NCBI GenBank assembly: GCA_963777975.1
Contig: CAVZSO010000010.1
Coordinates: 118,847 to 182,846 of the forward strand
Direction: 5' to 3'
DNA: 64,000 bases
Source of the DNA: an uncultured Chloroflexia bacterium
GTDB taxonomy: Bacteria; Chloroflexota; Limnocylindria; Limnocylindrales; CSP1-4
Below, piece after piece: positions 20,236-28,715 of the stretch (position 1 is the stretch's first letter; every line of letters begins with the position of its first letter). A program made the translations under genes and the position numbers. The notes under the pieces were generated by a model. It worked only from the letters and a program-made list of their open reading frames with translations, did no database searches and was not told the DNA's origin.

Positions 20236-20709
20236 ATGGTGAGCACGGCGCAGTCCCCTCTGCCGTCCCCGGCGGCGACCGGTTGGGACGGCGTTCGCGA
20301 CGCCCTCCATGCGCGCGGCCTGCGCTGGACCCCGCAGCGGCGCACGCTCATCGAGGTGCTCTCGCGGACCGACGGACATGTCACCGGCGCTGAGCTCGTG
20401 GAGCGCTGCCGGGAGCTCGACCCGACGACCATCCCCTCGACCGTCTACCGGACGCTCGACGTGCTCGAGGACCTGGGGCTCGTCAGGCACAACCATGGCG
20501 CCGACGGCCGCGAGGAGTTCCATGTCCAGCCGCTGGCCGACCACGGGCACCTCCACTGTCGCAACTGCGGCGGCCGCTGGGAGATCGACGCCGTCGAGGC
20601 GGCGACCCTGGTCGAGGCGCTGCGAACGGGGCGCGGCTTCGCGGTCGACCTCTCGCATCTGACGGTCACCGGCCGCTGCGCGGCCTGCCTCGCGGCCGAC
20701 CAGGACTGA
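20236..20709 (+). CDS. Fur family transcriptional regulator (PerR/FurA-like candidate)
   Basis: WTPQRRTLIEVLSRTDGHVTGAELVERC (winged helix), HGHLHCRNCGG...CAAC (two CxxC pairs forming the structural Zn site). Upstream of osmC. Confidence 0.7.
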   Translation: MVSTAQSPLPSPAATGWDGVRDALHARGLRWTPQRRTLIEVLSRTDGHVTGAELVERCRELDPTTIPSTVYRTLDVLEDLGLVRHNHGADGREEFHVQPLADHGHLHCRNCGGRWEIDAVEAATLVEALRTGRGFAVDLSHLTVTGRCAACLAADQD

Positions 20710-20724
20710 CGGCCCGAGCACCCG

Positions 20725-21222
20725 ATGGCCGACAAGTCCGTCCGCGTCGAGTGGCGGGGTGACCTGAGCTTCGAGGCGACGAGCGGCCTCGGGGGCACGG
20801 CCCGGCTGGCCATGGACGATGACGTCGCCGGCCTCCGCCCGAGCGAGGGCGTGCTGGTCGCGCTGGGCGCCTGCGCCGGCGCCGACGTCGTCTCGATCCT
20901 GCGCAAGAAGCGCCAGCCGATGAGCGCCTACCACGTCGAGGTCCGTGGCGATCAACGGGCCGAGCATCCGCGCTCGTTCGTGCGCATCGACGTGCTCCAC
21001 GAGATCGCCGGCGAGTGGGTCGACGCCGAGGCCGTGCGCCGCTCCATCGAGCTCTCGGTCACGCGCTACTGCGCGGTCACCGCACAGCTCGCGTCGGGCG
21101 ATGTGACCATCAGCCACCGCTACCGCCTCGGCGACGCCGAGCCCGTTACGGTCGCCGAGACGGGTCCGCATGGCCACCTCGTGGTCTTCGCCGAGCAGCA
21201 AGCCGGAGAGGTTCGGGGGTAG
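20725..21222 (+). CDS. OsmC/Ohr family peroxiredoxin
   Basis: 165 aa; ALGACAGADVVSILRKKRQ and VTRYCAVTAQL carry the two conserved OsmC cysteines. Confidence 0.7.
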   Translation: MADKSVRVEWRGDLSFEATSGLGGTARLAMDDDVAGLRPSEGVLVALGACAGADVVSILRKKRQPMSAYHVEVRGDQRAEHPRSFVRIDVLHEIAGEWVDAEAVRRSIELSVTRYCAVTAQLASGDVTISHRYRLGDAEPVTVAETGPHGHLVVFAEQQAGEVRG

Positions 21223-21237
21223 ACGACGCCGTTCGAC

Positions 21238-21275
21238 CGTGCATGATTATTCATGGCGATGTATGCTCATGCACC
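21238..21275. promoter_or_regulatory. AT-rich imperfect 34-bp palindrome TGCATGATTATTCATGG|CGATGTATGCTCATGCA (13/17 arm matches) spanning the argC start codon; candidate tandem ARG boxes (ArgR operator)
   Basis: Seen directly. It is the only AT-rich stretch in the osmC-argC spacer. TGCAT/ATGCA half-sites resemble actinobacterial ARG boxes. Confidence 0.45.
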
Positions 21276-22428
21276 CATGACGATCGCCGGATCCGACCCC
21301 ATCAGCCGATCCGCACCGACCGCGAGCAGGACGCGCGATGGGACGGTCGATTCGCGTCTGCGAGTCGCCATCCTCGGGGCCACGGGCTACGTCGGCGCGG
21401 AGCTCGTCCGCATCCTGGAGCGGCATCCCGGCGTCCGGATCGTCGCGCTCGCGGCCCGCAACCGGGATGGCCTGCCGGTCGGCGATGCGTTCGCCCATCT
21501 CGCCGAGACCGGCCACCGCATCGACGCCGAGCTGCCCGACGCGAGCTCCCTCGACGCGGTCTTCCTGGCCCTCCCCCACGGCCAGTCGGCGGCCGTGGTG
21601 CCGGCCCTGCTCGAGCAGGGACCGTTGGTCGTCGATCTCGGCTCCGACTTCCGATTGAGCGACCCGGCCGACTACCCGACCTGGTACGGCTTCGAGCATC
21701 CGACCCCGGCCCTGCTGCCAGGCGGCGCGGGGCTGGCGGCGACCGGCGATCGTGACGCCATCCCGGCGGCCGTCTACGGTCTGCCGGAGCTCCATCGCTC
21801 CGAGCTCGCTGGCGCGCGCCTGATCGCTTCACCGGGCTGCTATCCGACCGCCACCCTGCTCGCGCTCGCGCCCCTGGCCCGCGCCGGGCTGATCGGCGAC
21901 GTCGTCGTCGATGCCAAGAGCGGCGTCAGCGGCGCCGGACGCGAGCCCAAGCTCGAGACCCACTTCAGCGAGGTCGACGAGTCGCTGCGCGCCTACGGGA
22001 TCGGCGGTCATCGGCATTTCGCCGAGATCCACCAGGAGCTGGCATCGTTGGGCGTGGAGCCCGCTGCCCTGGCGTCGCTCGTCTTCACGCCGCACCTCGT
22101 GCCCATGACGCGTGGGCTGCTGGCGACGTGCTACGTGCGCACCACGCGTCCGACCGCCCAGTCCACGATCGATGCGCTCTACGACGCGGCATACGGCGAC
22201 GAGCCCTGCGTGGCGATAACGGCGTCACCGCCGGCGACGAAGACGACGACCGGCGCCAACGTCGCTCGCGTCTTCGTCGACCTCGACGAGCGGAGCGGCC
22301 GGATCATCGCGATGGGCGCCATCGACAACCTGGTCAAGGGTGCCGCCGGCCAGGCTGTCCAGGCGTTCAACGTGGCCACCGGCCAGCCCGAGACGGCCGG
22401 CCTCGAGCAGCTGCCCATCTACCCATGA
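21253..22428 (+). CDS. argC: N-acetyl-gamma-glutamyl-phosphate reductase
   Basis: RVAILGATGYVGAELVRIL, SPGCYPTATLLALAPL, AKSGVSGAGR, AIDNLVKGAAGQAVQAFN. N-terminal extension means the start may be internal. Confidence 0.85.
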   Translation: MAMYAHAPMTIAGSDPISRSAPTASRTRDGTVDSRLRVAILGATGYVGAELVRILERHPGVRIVALAARNRDGLPVGDAFAHLAETGHRIDAELPDASSLDAVFLALPHGQSAAVVPALLEQGPLVVDLGSDFRLSDPADYPTWYGFEHPTPALLPGGAGLAATGDRDAIPAAVYGLPELHRSELAGARLIASPGCYPTATLLALAPLARAGLIGDVVVDAKSGVSGAGREPKLETHFSEVDESLRAYGIGGHRHFAEIHQELASLGVEPAALASLVFTPHLVPMTRGLLATCYVRTTRPTAQSTIDALYDAAYGDEPCVAITASPPATKTTTGANVARVFVDLDERSGRIIAMGAIDNLVKGAAGQAVQAFNVATGQPETAGLEQLPIYP

Positions 22429-22438
22429 CCGGGTCGTC

Positions 22439-23698
22439 GTGAGCGCACCGAGGGTCGAGGAGCGGGCGGAGCTGCCGGTCGGCTTCCGGGCCGGCGGCCT
22501 GAGCGCGGGCATCAAGGCCAGCGGCCGGCCGGACCTCGGGGTCGTCATGGTGGCCGGTCCGGAACCGGCCAGCGCCGCGGCGGTCTTCACGGCCAACCTG
22601 GTCCAGGCGGCGCCGGTCCGGATGAGCCGGCGCCACCTCGAGCAGACCACCGGACGGGTGCGCGCCCTGATCGTCACCAGCGGCTGTGCCAATGCGGCTA
22701 CGGGACCTGCCGGCGACGATGATCAAGCGGCCATCGCCGAGGCGCTGGCGACCACCTTCGGCATCGAGGCGGTGGAGACGGTAGCGGCCTCGACCGGGCT
22801 CATCGGCACGCGCCTGCCGGTCGACCGCGTGCGTGATGGGCTGACGTTGCTGGCGGCCGAGGGGCTGCGCACGGATGCCGGCGGCTGGGAGGCGTTCGGG
22901 ACCGCGATCATGACCACCGACTCGCGGCGCAAGGCGGCGACGACGACCATCGCCCTGCCGACCGACGACCTCTCGCTCCGCCTGGTGCGCGTCTCCGGGG
23001 TCGCCAAGGGCGTGGGCATGATCCATCCCCGGATGGCGACCATGATCGCCGTCGTCCTGACCGACGCGGCGGCCAGTCCGGAGCTGCTGGCGACGCTCTT
23101 GCGCGAGGCGTCCGCGGCGACATTCGAGCAGACGAGCATCGATGGCGACACCTCGACCAACGACACCGTCTTCGTGCTCGCGTCGGGCGCCTCGGATGCG
23201 GAGTCGCCGCGACCCGGCAGCCCCGAGGCCGCGCAGCTCGGTGCGGCGCTGACCGCGGTCTGCCGATCGCTGGCCCGGCAGCAGGCGGCCGACGGCGAGG
23301 GAGCCACGACGCTCATCACCTGTCTCGTGACCGGTGCCGCCGACGTGACCGACGCGCGCGCGGTGTCGCGGGCGGTCGTGCGCAGCAACCTGCTCAAGGC
23401 CGCCGTCCATGGCCGCGACCCGAACTGGGGTCGCGTCGCGGCGGCGGCCGGTGCCGCGCTCCGTCCGGATGGCTCGGCGGTCGACCTCGACCCCGCGACG
23501 TTGACCATCGGGCTGGCCGGCTCGGCCGTCTTCTCCGGCCTGCCGCTGCCCTTCGACGCGGCCGCCGTCTCGGCGGCCATGGACGCGCCGGAGCTGGTCA
23601 TCGAGGTCGACCTGGCGCGGGGCACCGCCAGCGCGGAGGCCTTCGGATGCGACCTGACCGAGGCCTACGTCCTCGAGAACAGCGCGTACTCGACATGA
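22439..23698 (+). CDS. argJ: bifunctional glutamate N-acetyltransferase / amino-acid acetyltransferase
   Basis: GTG start just after the argC stop. GFRAGGLSAGIK, ATMIAVVLTDAA, TLITCLVTGA and the self-cleavage region ATML-like TDAAAS. Confidence 0.85.
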   Translation: MSAPRVEERAELPVGFRAGGLSAGIKASGRPDLGVVMVAGPEPASAAAVFTANLVQAAPVRMSRRHLEQTTGRVRALIVTSGCANAATGPAGDDDQAAIAEALATTFGIEAVETVAASTGLIGTRLPVDRVRDGLTLLAAEGLRTDAGGWEAFGTAIMTTDSRRKAATTTIALPTDDLSLRLVRVSGVAKGVGMIHPRMATMIAVVLTDAAASPELLATLLREASAATFEQTSIDGDTSTNDTVFVLASGASDAESPRPGSPEAAQLGAALTAVCRSLARQQAADGEGATTLITCLVTGAADVTDARAVSRAVVRSNLLKAAVHGRDPNWGRVAAAAGAALRPDGSAVDLDPATLTIGLAGSAVFSGLPLPFDAAAVSAAMDAPELVIEVDLARGTASAEAFGCDLTEAYVLENSAYST

Positions 23699-24483
23699 GC
23701 ACGATGGTCGTCGTCAAGCTCGGCGGCACGACCGTGGCCGGACAGGAGGCGGTCCTCTCGGAGATCGCCGCCACCGCCCGCCAGCGGCCGGTGGTCGTGG
23801 TCCATGGCGGCGGCGTCCAGGTCACCGAGTGGCTGACACGGATGGGCGTGCCGACCCGTTTCGAGGATGGCCTGCGCATCACCGACGAGGCGGCCATCGA
23901 GGTCGTCGCCGCGGTGTTGCGCGGCGCCATCAATACGGCGCTCGTGGCCGCCCTGCGCGCTCGCGGGGCCGATGCGGTCGGGTTGTCCGGGGTCGATGGC
24001 GGCCTGCTGGTCGCCGAACGGACGCCGGACAAGGGCCTGGTCGCGACCGTCGTCGACGTTCGCCGATCGCTCATCGACGCGCTGCTCGTCGACGGCCGGG
24101 TGCCGGTCGTGGCCCCGCTCGCACTCGATGAGATGGGCGTGGTGTGCAACGTCAACGCCGACGACGTGGCCGCCGGTCTGGCCCGCGGGCTTGGCGCGCA
24201 GCGCTTGGTCCTGCTGACGGACACGGACGGGGTGCTGGGCAGCGACGGCCAGCGCATCGCCACCCTCGGCGCGGCCGAGCTCGAGGCCCTCATCACCGAC
24301 GGCACCATCGGCCAGGGCATGGTGCCCAAGGTGCGATCCGCTGCTGGTGCCCTGGCCGGGGCCGGGCAGGTCGTCATCGCCGATGCAGCCTCGCCACACG
24401 CCCTGTCGCGCGCTCTCGCCGACGAGGACGTCGGCACGCGCATCGTGGCCACCACCGGGCCCGCCGCGACCGGAGCCCGCTGA
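23695..24483 (+). CDS. argB: acetylglutamate kinase
   Basis: MSTMVVVKLGG, VVVHGGG, VCNVNADDVAAGLA; ATGA overlap with argJ stop. Confidence 0.85.
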   Translation: MSTMVVVKLGGTTVAGQEAVLSEIAATARQRPVVVVHGGGVQVTEWLTRMGVPTRFEDGLRITDEAAIEVVAAVLRGAINTALVAALRARGADAVGLSGVDGGLLVAERTPDKGLVATVVDVRRSLIDALLVDGRVPVVAPLALDEMGVVCNVNADDVAAGLARGLGAQRLVLLTDTDGVLGSDGQRIATLGAAELEALITDGTIGQGMVPKVRSAAGALAGAGQVVIADAASPHALSRALADEDVGTRIVATTGPAATGAR

Positions 24484-24996
24484 TGGTCGTTTCGGCCAGC
24501 CCGACCACCAAACGTGCCCGCCAGCGGGCCATCATCGAGATCGTGGCGCGCACGCCCATCGCCAGCCAGGAAGAGCTCGTCGAGCAGCTCGCTGTCGCGC
24601 GGCTTCGCGGTCACCCAGGCGACCGTCTCGCGCGACGTGGCCGAGCTGCGCCTGGTCAAGCTCCTGCGTGGCGACCGCCACGTCTACGTCAGCCCGGACG
24701 ACCTCGCCAACACGCCCGATCCGGATGCCGACGGTCGGCTGGTCCGGCTCCTCGACGAGACGCCGCTGACGGTCGGGCGGAGCGGCCTGATCCTCGTCGT
24801 CCGTGGCCCGGTCGGCAGCGCGCAGGCCCTGGCGCGAGCCATCGACCAGTCCGGCATGCGCGAGCAGGAAGGCACCCTGGCCGGTGACGACACCGTCCTC
24901 GTCCTCTTCGCCGACGAAGAGCGCCTGGTGGCATGGCATCGACGTTTCCGAGCCCTTCAGGGCCTGCCCAGCGAACCACAGGGAGCACGACCATGA
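24483..24996 (+). pseudogene. argR: arginine repressor ArgR with an apparent +1 frameshift near 24595
   Basis: Frame 0: MVVSASPTTKRARQRAIIEIVARTPIASQEELVEQLA. Frame +1 continues SRGFAVTQATVSRDVAELRLVKL...DDTVLVLFADE (ArgR C-domain). ATGA overlap with argB. Confidence 0.7.
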
Positions 24997-26267
24997 AGAA
25001 GGTCATCCTCGCCTACTCCGGAGGCCTCGACACCTCGGTCGCCGTCTCGTGGATGAAGGAGACGCTGGAGGTCGAGGTCGTGACCCTGACCGTCGACGTC
25101 GGCGGCGGCTCCCTCCGCGACGGCGTCGAACGACGAGCCATCAGCGCCGGCGCTGCACGGGCCTACGTCATCGATGCCCGCCAGCGCTTCGTGACCGACT
25201 TCTGCTGGCCCAACCTGCAGGCCAACGCCCTCTATCAGGGCGTCTACCCGCTGGCGACGGCCCTGGCGCGGCCCCTCATCGCCCAGCTCCTGGTCGAGGT
25301 CGCCCAGCGGGAAGGAGCCGACGCGGTCGCCCACGGCTGTACCGGCAAGGGCAACGACCAGGTCCGCTTCGATGTCGCCGTCCACGCCCTCGACCCATCG
25401 CTCGAGGTCATCGCCCCGATGCGCGTCGGGATGGGCCTCTCACGCGACCAGGAGATCGAGTACGCCGATGCGCGCGGCATCGAGATCCCCATCACCCGAG
25501 CCTCGCCGTACTCCATCGATGCCAACCTCTGGGGACGGTCGATCGAGACCGGCGTGCTCGAGGACCCCTGGACCGCGCCGCCGGCCGACGTGTACCAATG
25601 GACGGTCGATCCGGCCGCGACGCCGGCCGTGCCCGCCGAGGTCACCATCACCTTCGCGGGCGGCGTGCCGGTCGCCCTGGACGGCATCCCGACCGATCCG
25701 GTCGGCATCGTCGACGGCCTCTCCGAGCTTGGTGGCAAGCATGGGGTCGGGCGCATCGACCACGTCGAGGATCGCCTGGTCGGCATCAAGAGCCGCGAGA
25801 TCTACGAGGCGCCGGCGGCGGTCATCCTCCACGTCGCACATCGGGCGCTCGAGGGGCTGACGCTGTCCAAGGAGCAGCTCCGCTTCGATCGCCTGGTGGC
25901 CGACGAGCTGGCCCAGGCGACCTATGACGGCCTCTGGTTCAGCGCCCTGCACCGCGACCTGCGCGAGTACGTCCGCTCGACGCAGCGTGTCGTGAGCGGC
26001 GAGGTCCGGCTCCGTCTGGATCGCGGATCGCTGGCCGTGGTCGGCCGGCGCAGCGACCTGTCGCTCTACGACCGAGCCCTGGCGACCTATGAGGCGGAGG
26101 ATCGCTTCGACCACGCCAGCGCGGTCGGATTCATCAAGATCTTCGGCCTGCCGCTGGTCACCGAGGCCGCCCGTCAGGGCTCCGCCTGGGCGTGGACCGA
26201 GCCGCTCGTCGACCAGCTGCCGCTGAAGGTCGCCGACGCGAGCGACATCGAGGCGCCGGTCAGCTGA
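24993..26267 (+). CDS. argG: argininosuccinate synthase
   Basis: MKKVILAYSGGLDTSV, AHGCTGKGNDQVRF, RIDHVEDRLVGIKSREIYE. Confidence 0.85.
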   Translation: MKKVILAYSGGLDTSVAVSWMKETLEVEVVTLTVDVGGGSLRDGVERRAISAGAARAYVIDARQRFVTDFCWPNLQANALYQGVYPLATALARPLIAQLLVEVAQREGADAVAHGCTGKGNDQVRFDVAVHALDPSLEVIAPMRVGMGLSRDQEIEYADARGIEIPITRASPYSIDANLWGRSIETGVLEDPWTAPPADVYQWTVDPAATPAVPAEVTITFAGGVPVALDGIPTDPVGIVDGLSELGGKHGVGRIDHVEDRLVGIKSREIYEAPAAVILHVAHRALEGLTLSKEQLRFDRLVADELAQATYDGLWFSALHRDLREYVRSTQRVVSGEVRLRLDRGSLAVVGRRSDLSLYDRALATYEAEDRFDHASAVGFIKIFGLPLVTEAARQGSAWAWTEPLVDQLPLKVADASDIEAPVS

Positions 26268-26272
26268 CGGGG

Positions 26273-27433
26273 CTAGCCGACGGGCAGCGGTCGCTCCTGG
26301 GGGCCGGTGTAGATGACGTCCGGCCGGATGAGCCGACTGTCGGCGGCGTACTCGATGCAATGGGCCGTCCAGCCTGCGTGGCGAGCGATGGCGAAGGTGG
26401 CCGGGAAGAGGTCCGGTGGCAGGCCGACGCCCTGCAGGACGGCCGCAGCGTAGTACTCGACATTGGTCTTGAGGATGCGGTCTGGCTTCATCTCCGCCAG
26501 GACGCGCAACGCGACATCCTCGACCGCGACGGCCAGGTCGAGCCAGTCGGCCATGCCGCTCATCCCCTCGGCCACCTTGCGCAGCGCGGCGGCGCGCGGG
26601 TCGTAGGCCTTGTAGACGCGATGACCGAAGCCCATCAATCGCTCGCCACGAGTGACCGCGTCGCGGAGCCAGGCCTCGGCATGCTCGGGCGTGCCGATCT
26701 GGTTGAGCTGGTCGACGACCTCCGATGGCGCACCGCCGTGGAGCGGGCCCTTGAGGGCGCCGATGGCGCCGCAGATGCCGCTCACCAGGTCGCTCTTGGT
26801 CGAGGTGATGACCAGGGCGGCGAACGTCGAGGCGTTGAAGCCGTGCTCGGCGCCGACGATGAAGTAGGCATCCAGCGCGCGGGCCGAGGCGACGGCCGGC
26901 CGGACCCCGTCGAGCTGATACAGGAACCCCGCCGCGAGGCCGAGCACGGGGTCGGGGGAGATCGGATCGAGGCCCTGGCGCAGGCGCCCGAAGGCGGCCA
27001 GGACGGTCGGCGCGATGGCCGTCACGGCGCGCGCCTGATCGACCGTCGGCGGCCAGGCCATGTGCTGCCGGGCGCCCCAGGCGCTGATGCCGGTACGCAG
27101 CGCATCCATGGGGTGAGCATCCCGCGGCAGCAACCGAAGCGCAGCCTCGACGTCGTCGGGCAACGGCGCGCATGGCAGATGCGCATGCGCCGGCCACTCG
27201 CCGGTCCACAGCAGCTCCGCGACCTGCGCATAGGTGCCGTGCTCGACCAGGTCGCCGATGGCATAGCCACGGTAGAGCAGACGGCCGGCAGCCCCGTCGA
27301 CGAGCGCGATGGCGGTCTCGCCTGCCAGAACGCCCTCGAGGCCGGGTGAATATGGCGGGGCGTCCGGTCCCGGCGTCGCAGGGACGTCAGCCATCGGTGG
27401 GTCCGCCTTCACCGTCTCGGTCACGGTCGGCAT
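26273..27433 (-). CDS. citrate synthase family protein (type-II / 2-methylcitrate-synthase-like size)
   Basis: 386 aa; GLEGVLAGETAIALVDG, GFGHRVYKAYDPRA (catalytic His), EYYAAAVLQGVGLP. Confidence 0.75.
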   Translation of the reverse strand: MPTVTETVKADPPMADVPATPGPDAPPYSPGLEGVLAGETAIALVDGAAGRLLYRGYAIGDLVEHGTYAQVAELLWTGEWPAHAHLPCAPLPDDVEAALRLLPRDAHPMDALRTGISAWGARQHMAWPPTVDQARAVTAIAPTVLAAFGRLRQGLDPISPDPVLGLAAGFLYQLDGVRPAVASARALDAYFIVGAEHGFNASTFAALVITSTKSDLVSGICGAIGALKGPLHGGAPSEVVDQLNQIGTPEHAEAWLRDAVTRGERLMGFGHRVYKAYDPRAAALRKVAEGMSGMADWLDLAVAVEDVALRVLAEMKPDRILKTNVEYYAAAVLQGVGLPPDLFPATFAIARHAGWTAHCIEYAADSRLIRPDVIYTGPQERPLPVG

Positions 27434-27545
27434 TCTAGCCCTGAGGCTCCGGAGCGGTCGTGCCGGACGTCCCGATCTGGGCGGGCGCTACGGCTGGATG
27501 GGCGATCCGCGAGGGTTCGGGTCGCAGGATTGGTATCGTGGCCAC

Positions 27546-28106
27546 ATGTCGGAGGTCGAGCTGCTCGCGTACCTCATGGACGACGCCTTCTCTGGCGCTG
27601 GGAGCGGGGCCACGGACGAGTCCCAGGCCCTGGTGCCCAACCTGGAGTCGGTCGAACCCGTCATGTGGCAGACACGGCTGCCGGGCTCGGTCCGCACGAT
27701 CGGCTCGATCGCGGTCCATGTCGCCAGCTGCAAGGTCATGTACGCGAACTACGCCTTCGAGGACGGACGGCTGACCTGGGAGAGCCCCGAGGTCGCGCCA
27801 TGGCCGGAGTTCGAGGCGCCGATGGTCGAGACCCTCGACTGGCTCCGGACGTCGCACGCGGCGCTCATGGCCCACGTCCGCGGACTGACCGACGACGACC
27901 TGCTCGTCGCGCGGCCCGCGAACTGGGGCGAGCTCCGCGAGACCCGCTGGCTGCTGTCGGTGCTCCTCGAGCACGACGTCTACCACGCCGGCGAGATCAA
28001 TCGGACGCGCGCCTTGCTGGCCGGTGAAGACCGCTGGAACTGGCAGATCTTCGAGGGCATCGACCCGCTCGCCACGGCCGACGGGCCACCCGGGGCCGCA
28101 CCATGA
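27546..28106 (+). CDS. DinB family (DinB_2-like) protein
   Basis: 186 aa with HVASCKVMYANYAFE and LLEHDVYHAGEINRTRAL (metal-binding His triad pattern). Confidence 0.55.
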   Translation: MSEVELLAYLMDDAFSGAGSGATDESQALVPNLESVEPVMWQTRLPGSVRTIGSIAVHVASCKVMYANYAFEDGRLTWESPEVAPWPEFEAPMVETLDWLRTSHAALMAHVRGLTDDDLLVARPANWGELRETRWLLSVLLEHDVYHAGEINRTRALLAGEDRWNWQIFEGIDPLATADGPPGAAP

Positions 28107-28708
28107 TCCGACGCGCCAAGGCCGAGGACGCGCCCGCCATCCACGCCCTCATCCATCGCTATGCCGGGCAGGATCTGCTCCTGCCGCGCCCGCTGGCCGA
28201 CATCTACGACCGTATCCGCGACTTCTGGGTCGCCACCGACCGGCAGGGCAGCGTCGTGGGCTGTGTCGCGATGCGCATCTGGTGGCACGACCTGGCGGAG
28301 GTCCGCTCGCTGGCCGTCGATAGCGACGCTGGCGGCCATGGTTACGGCGGCCGCCTGGTCGAGGCCGTCGCCCACGAGGCGCAACGCTACGGGGTCAAGG
28401 TCCTTTTCGCGCTGACGCGCGTCGAGCCCTGGTTCGTGGGCCACGGCTTCACCGCCGTCGACCGCGGCGTCCTGTACCAGAAGGTGTGGGGCGACTGTGC
28501 GCGCTGCCCGTTCCGCAACGCCTGCGACGAGGTCGCCGTCGTCCGCGCCCTGGAGCCCGGAGCCATCGACCACCTGCTGGCGCCCGACCCAGCTGCGCTG
28601 GCCCGGGTCGCCCACGTCGTGCCGCCTCGTGCGCCGGGCATGCCCGAGCATCTCGAGGTCGTGGCCGCTGGTCGCCGCCTGCCGATCATCGAGCCCGAGG
28701 CCCGCTGA
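28103..28708 (+). CDS. argA: GNAT N-acetyltransferase resembling single-domain N-acetylglutamate synthase (Rv2747/ArgA-like)
   Basis: MIRRAKAEDAPAIHALIHRYAGQDLLLPRPLADIYDRIRDFWVA...VVGCVAMRIWWHDLAEVRSLAVD...GHGYG follows the short mycobacterial ArgA pattern. ATGA overlap with dinB. Confidence 0.5.
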   Translation: MIRRAKAEDAPAIHALIHRYAGQDLLLPRPLADIYDRIRDFWVATDRQGSVVGCVAMRIWWHDLAEVRSLAVDSDAGGHGYGGRLVEAVAHEAQRYGVKVLFALTRVEPWFVGHGFTAVDRGVLYQKVWGDCARCPFRNACDEVAVVRALEPGAIDHLLAPDPAALARVAHVVPPRAPGMPEHLEVVAAGRRLPIIEPEAR

Positions 28709-28715
28709 TCGGAGC

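Noticed and set aside
21240-21256. Canonical E. coli-type ARG box (TNTGAATWWWWATTCANW)
   Set aside because: The half-sites TGATT/ATTCA abut without the 4-bp W spacer, so the site does not fit the enterobacterial consensus. It is kept only as an actinobacterial-style TGCAT/ATGCA palindrome candidate.
22340-22438. ATG at 22340 as the argJ start
   Set aside because: It would overlap argC by 89 nt. The GTG at 22439 immediately after the argC stop gives a normal-length ArgJ.
24144-24887. Separate 247-aa ORF overlapping argB/argR
   Set aside because: Its only meaningful segment (MVVSASPTTKRARQRAIIEIVARTPIASQEELVEQLA) is the N-terminus of ArgR, which continues in the +1 frame. It is treated as part of a frameshifted argR, not an independent gene.
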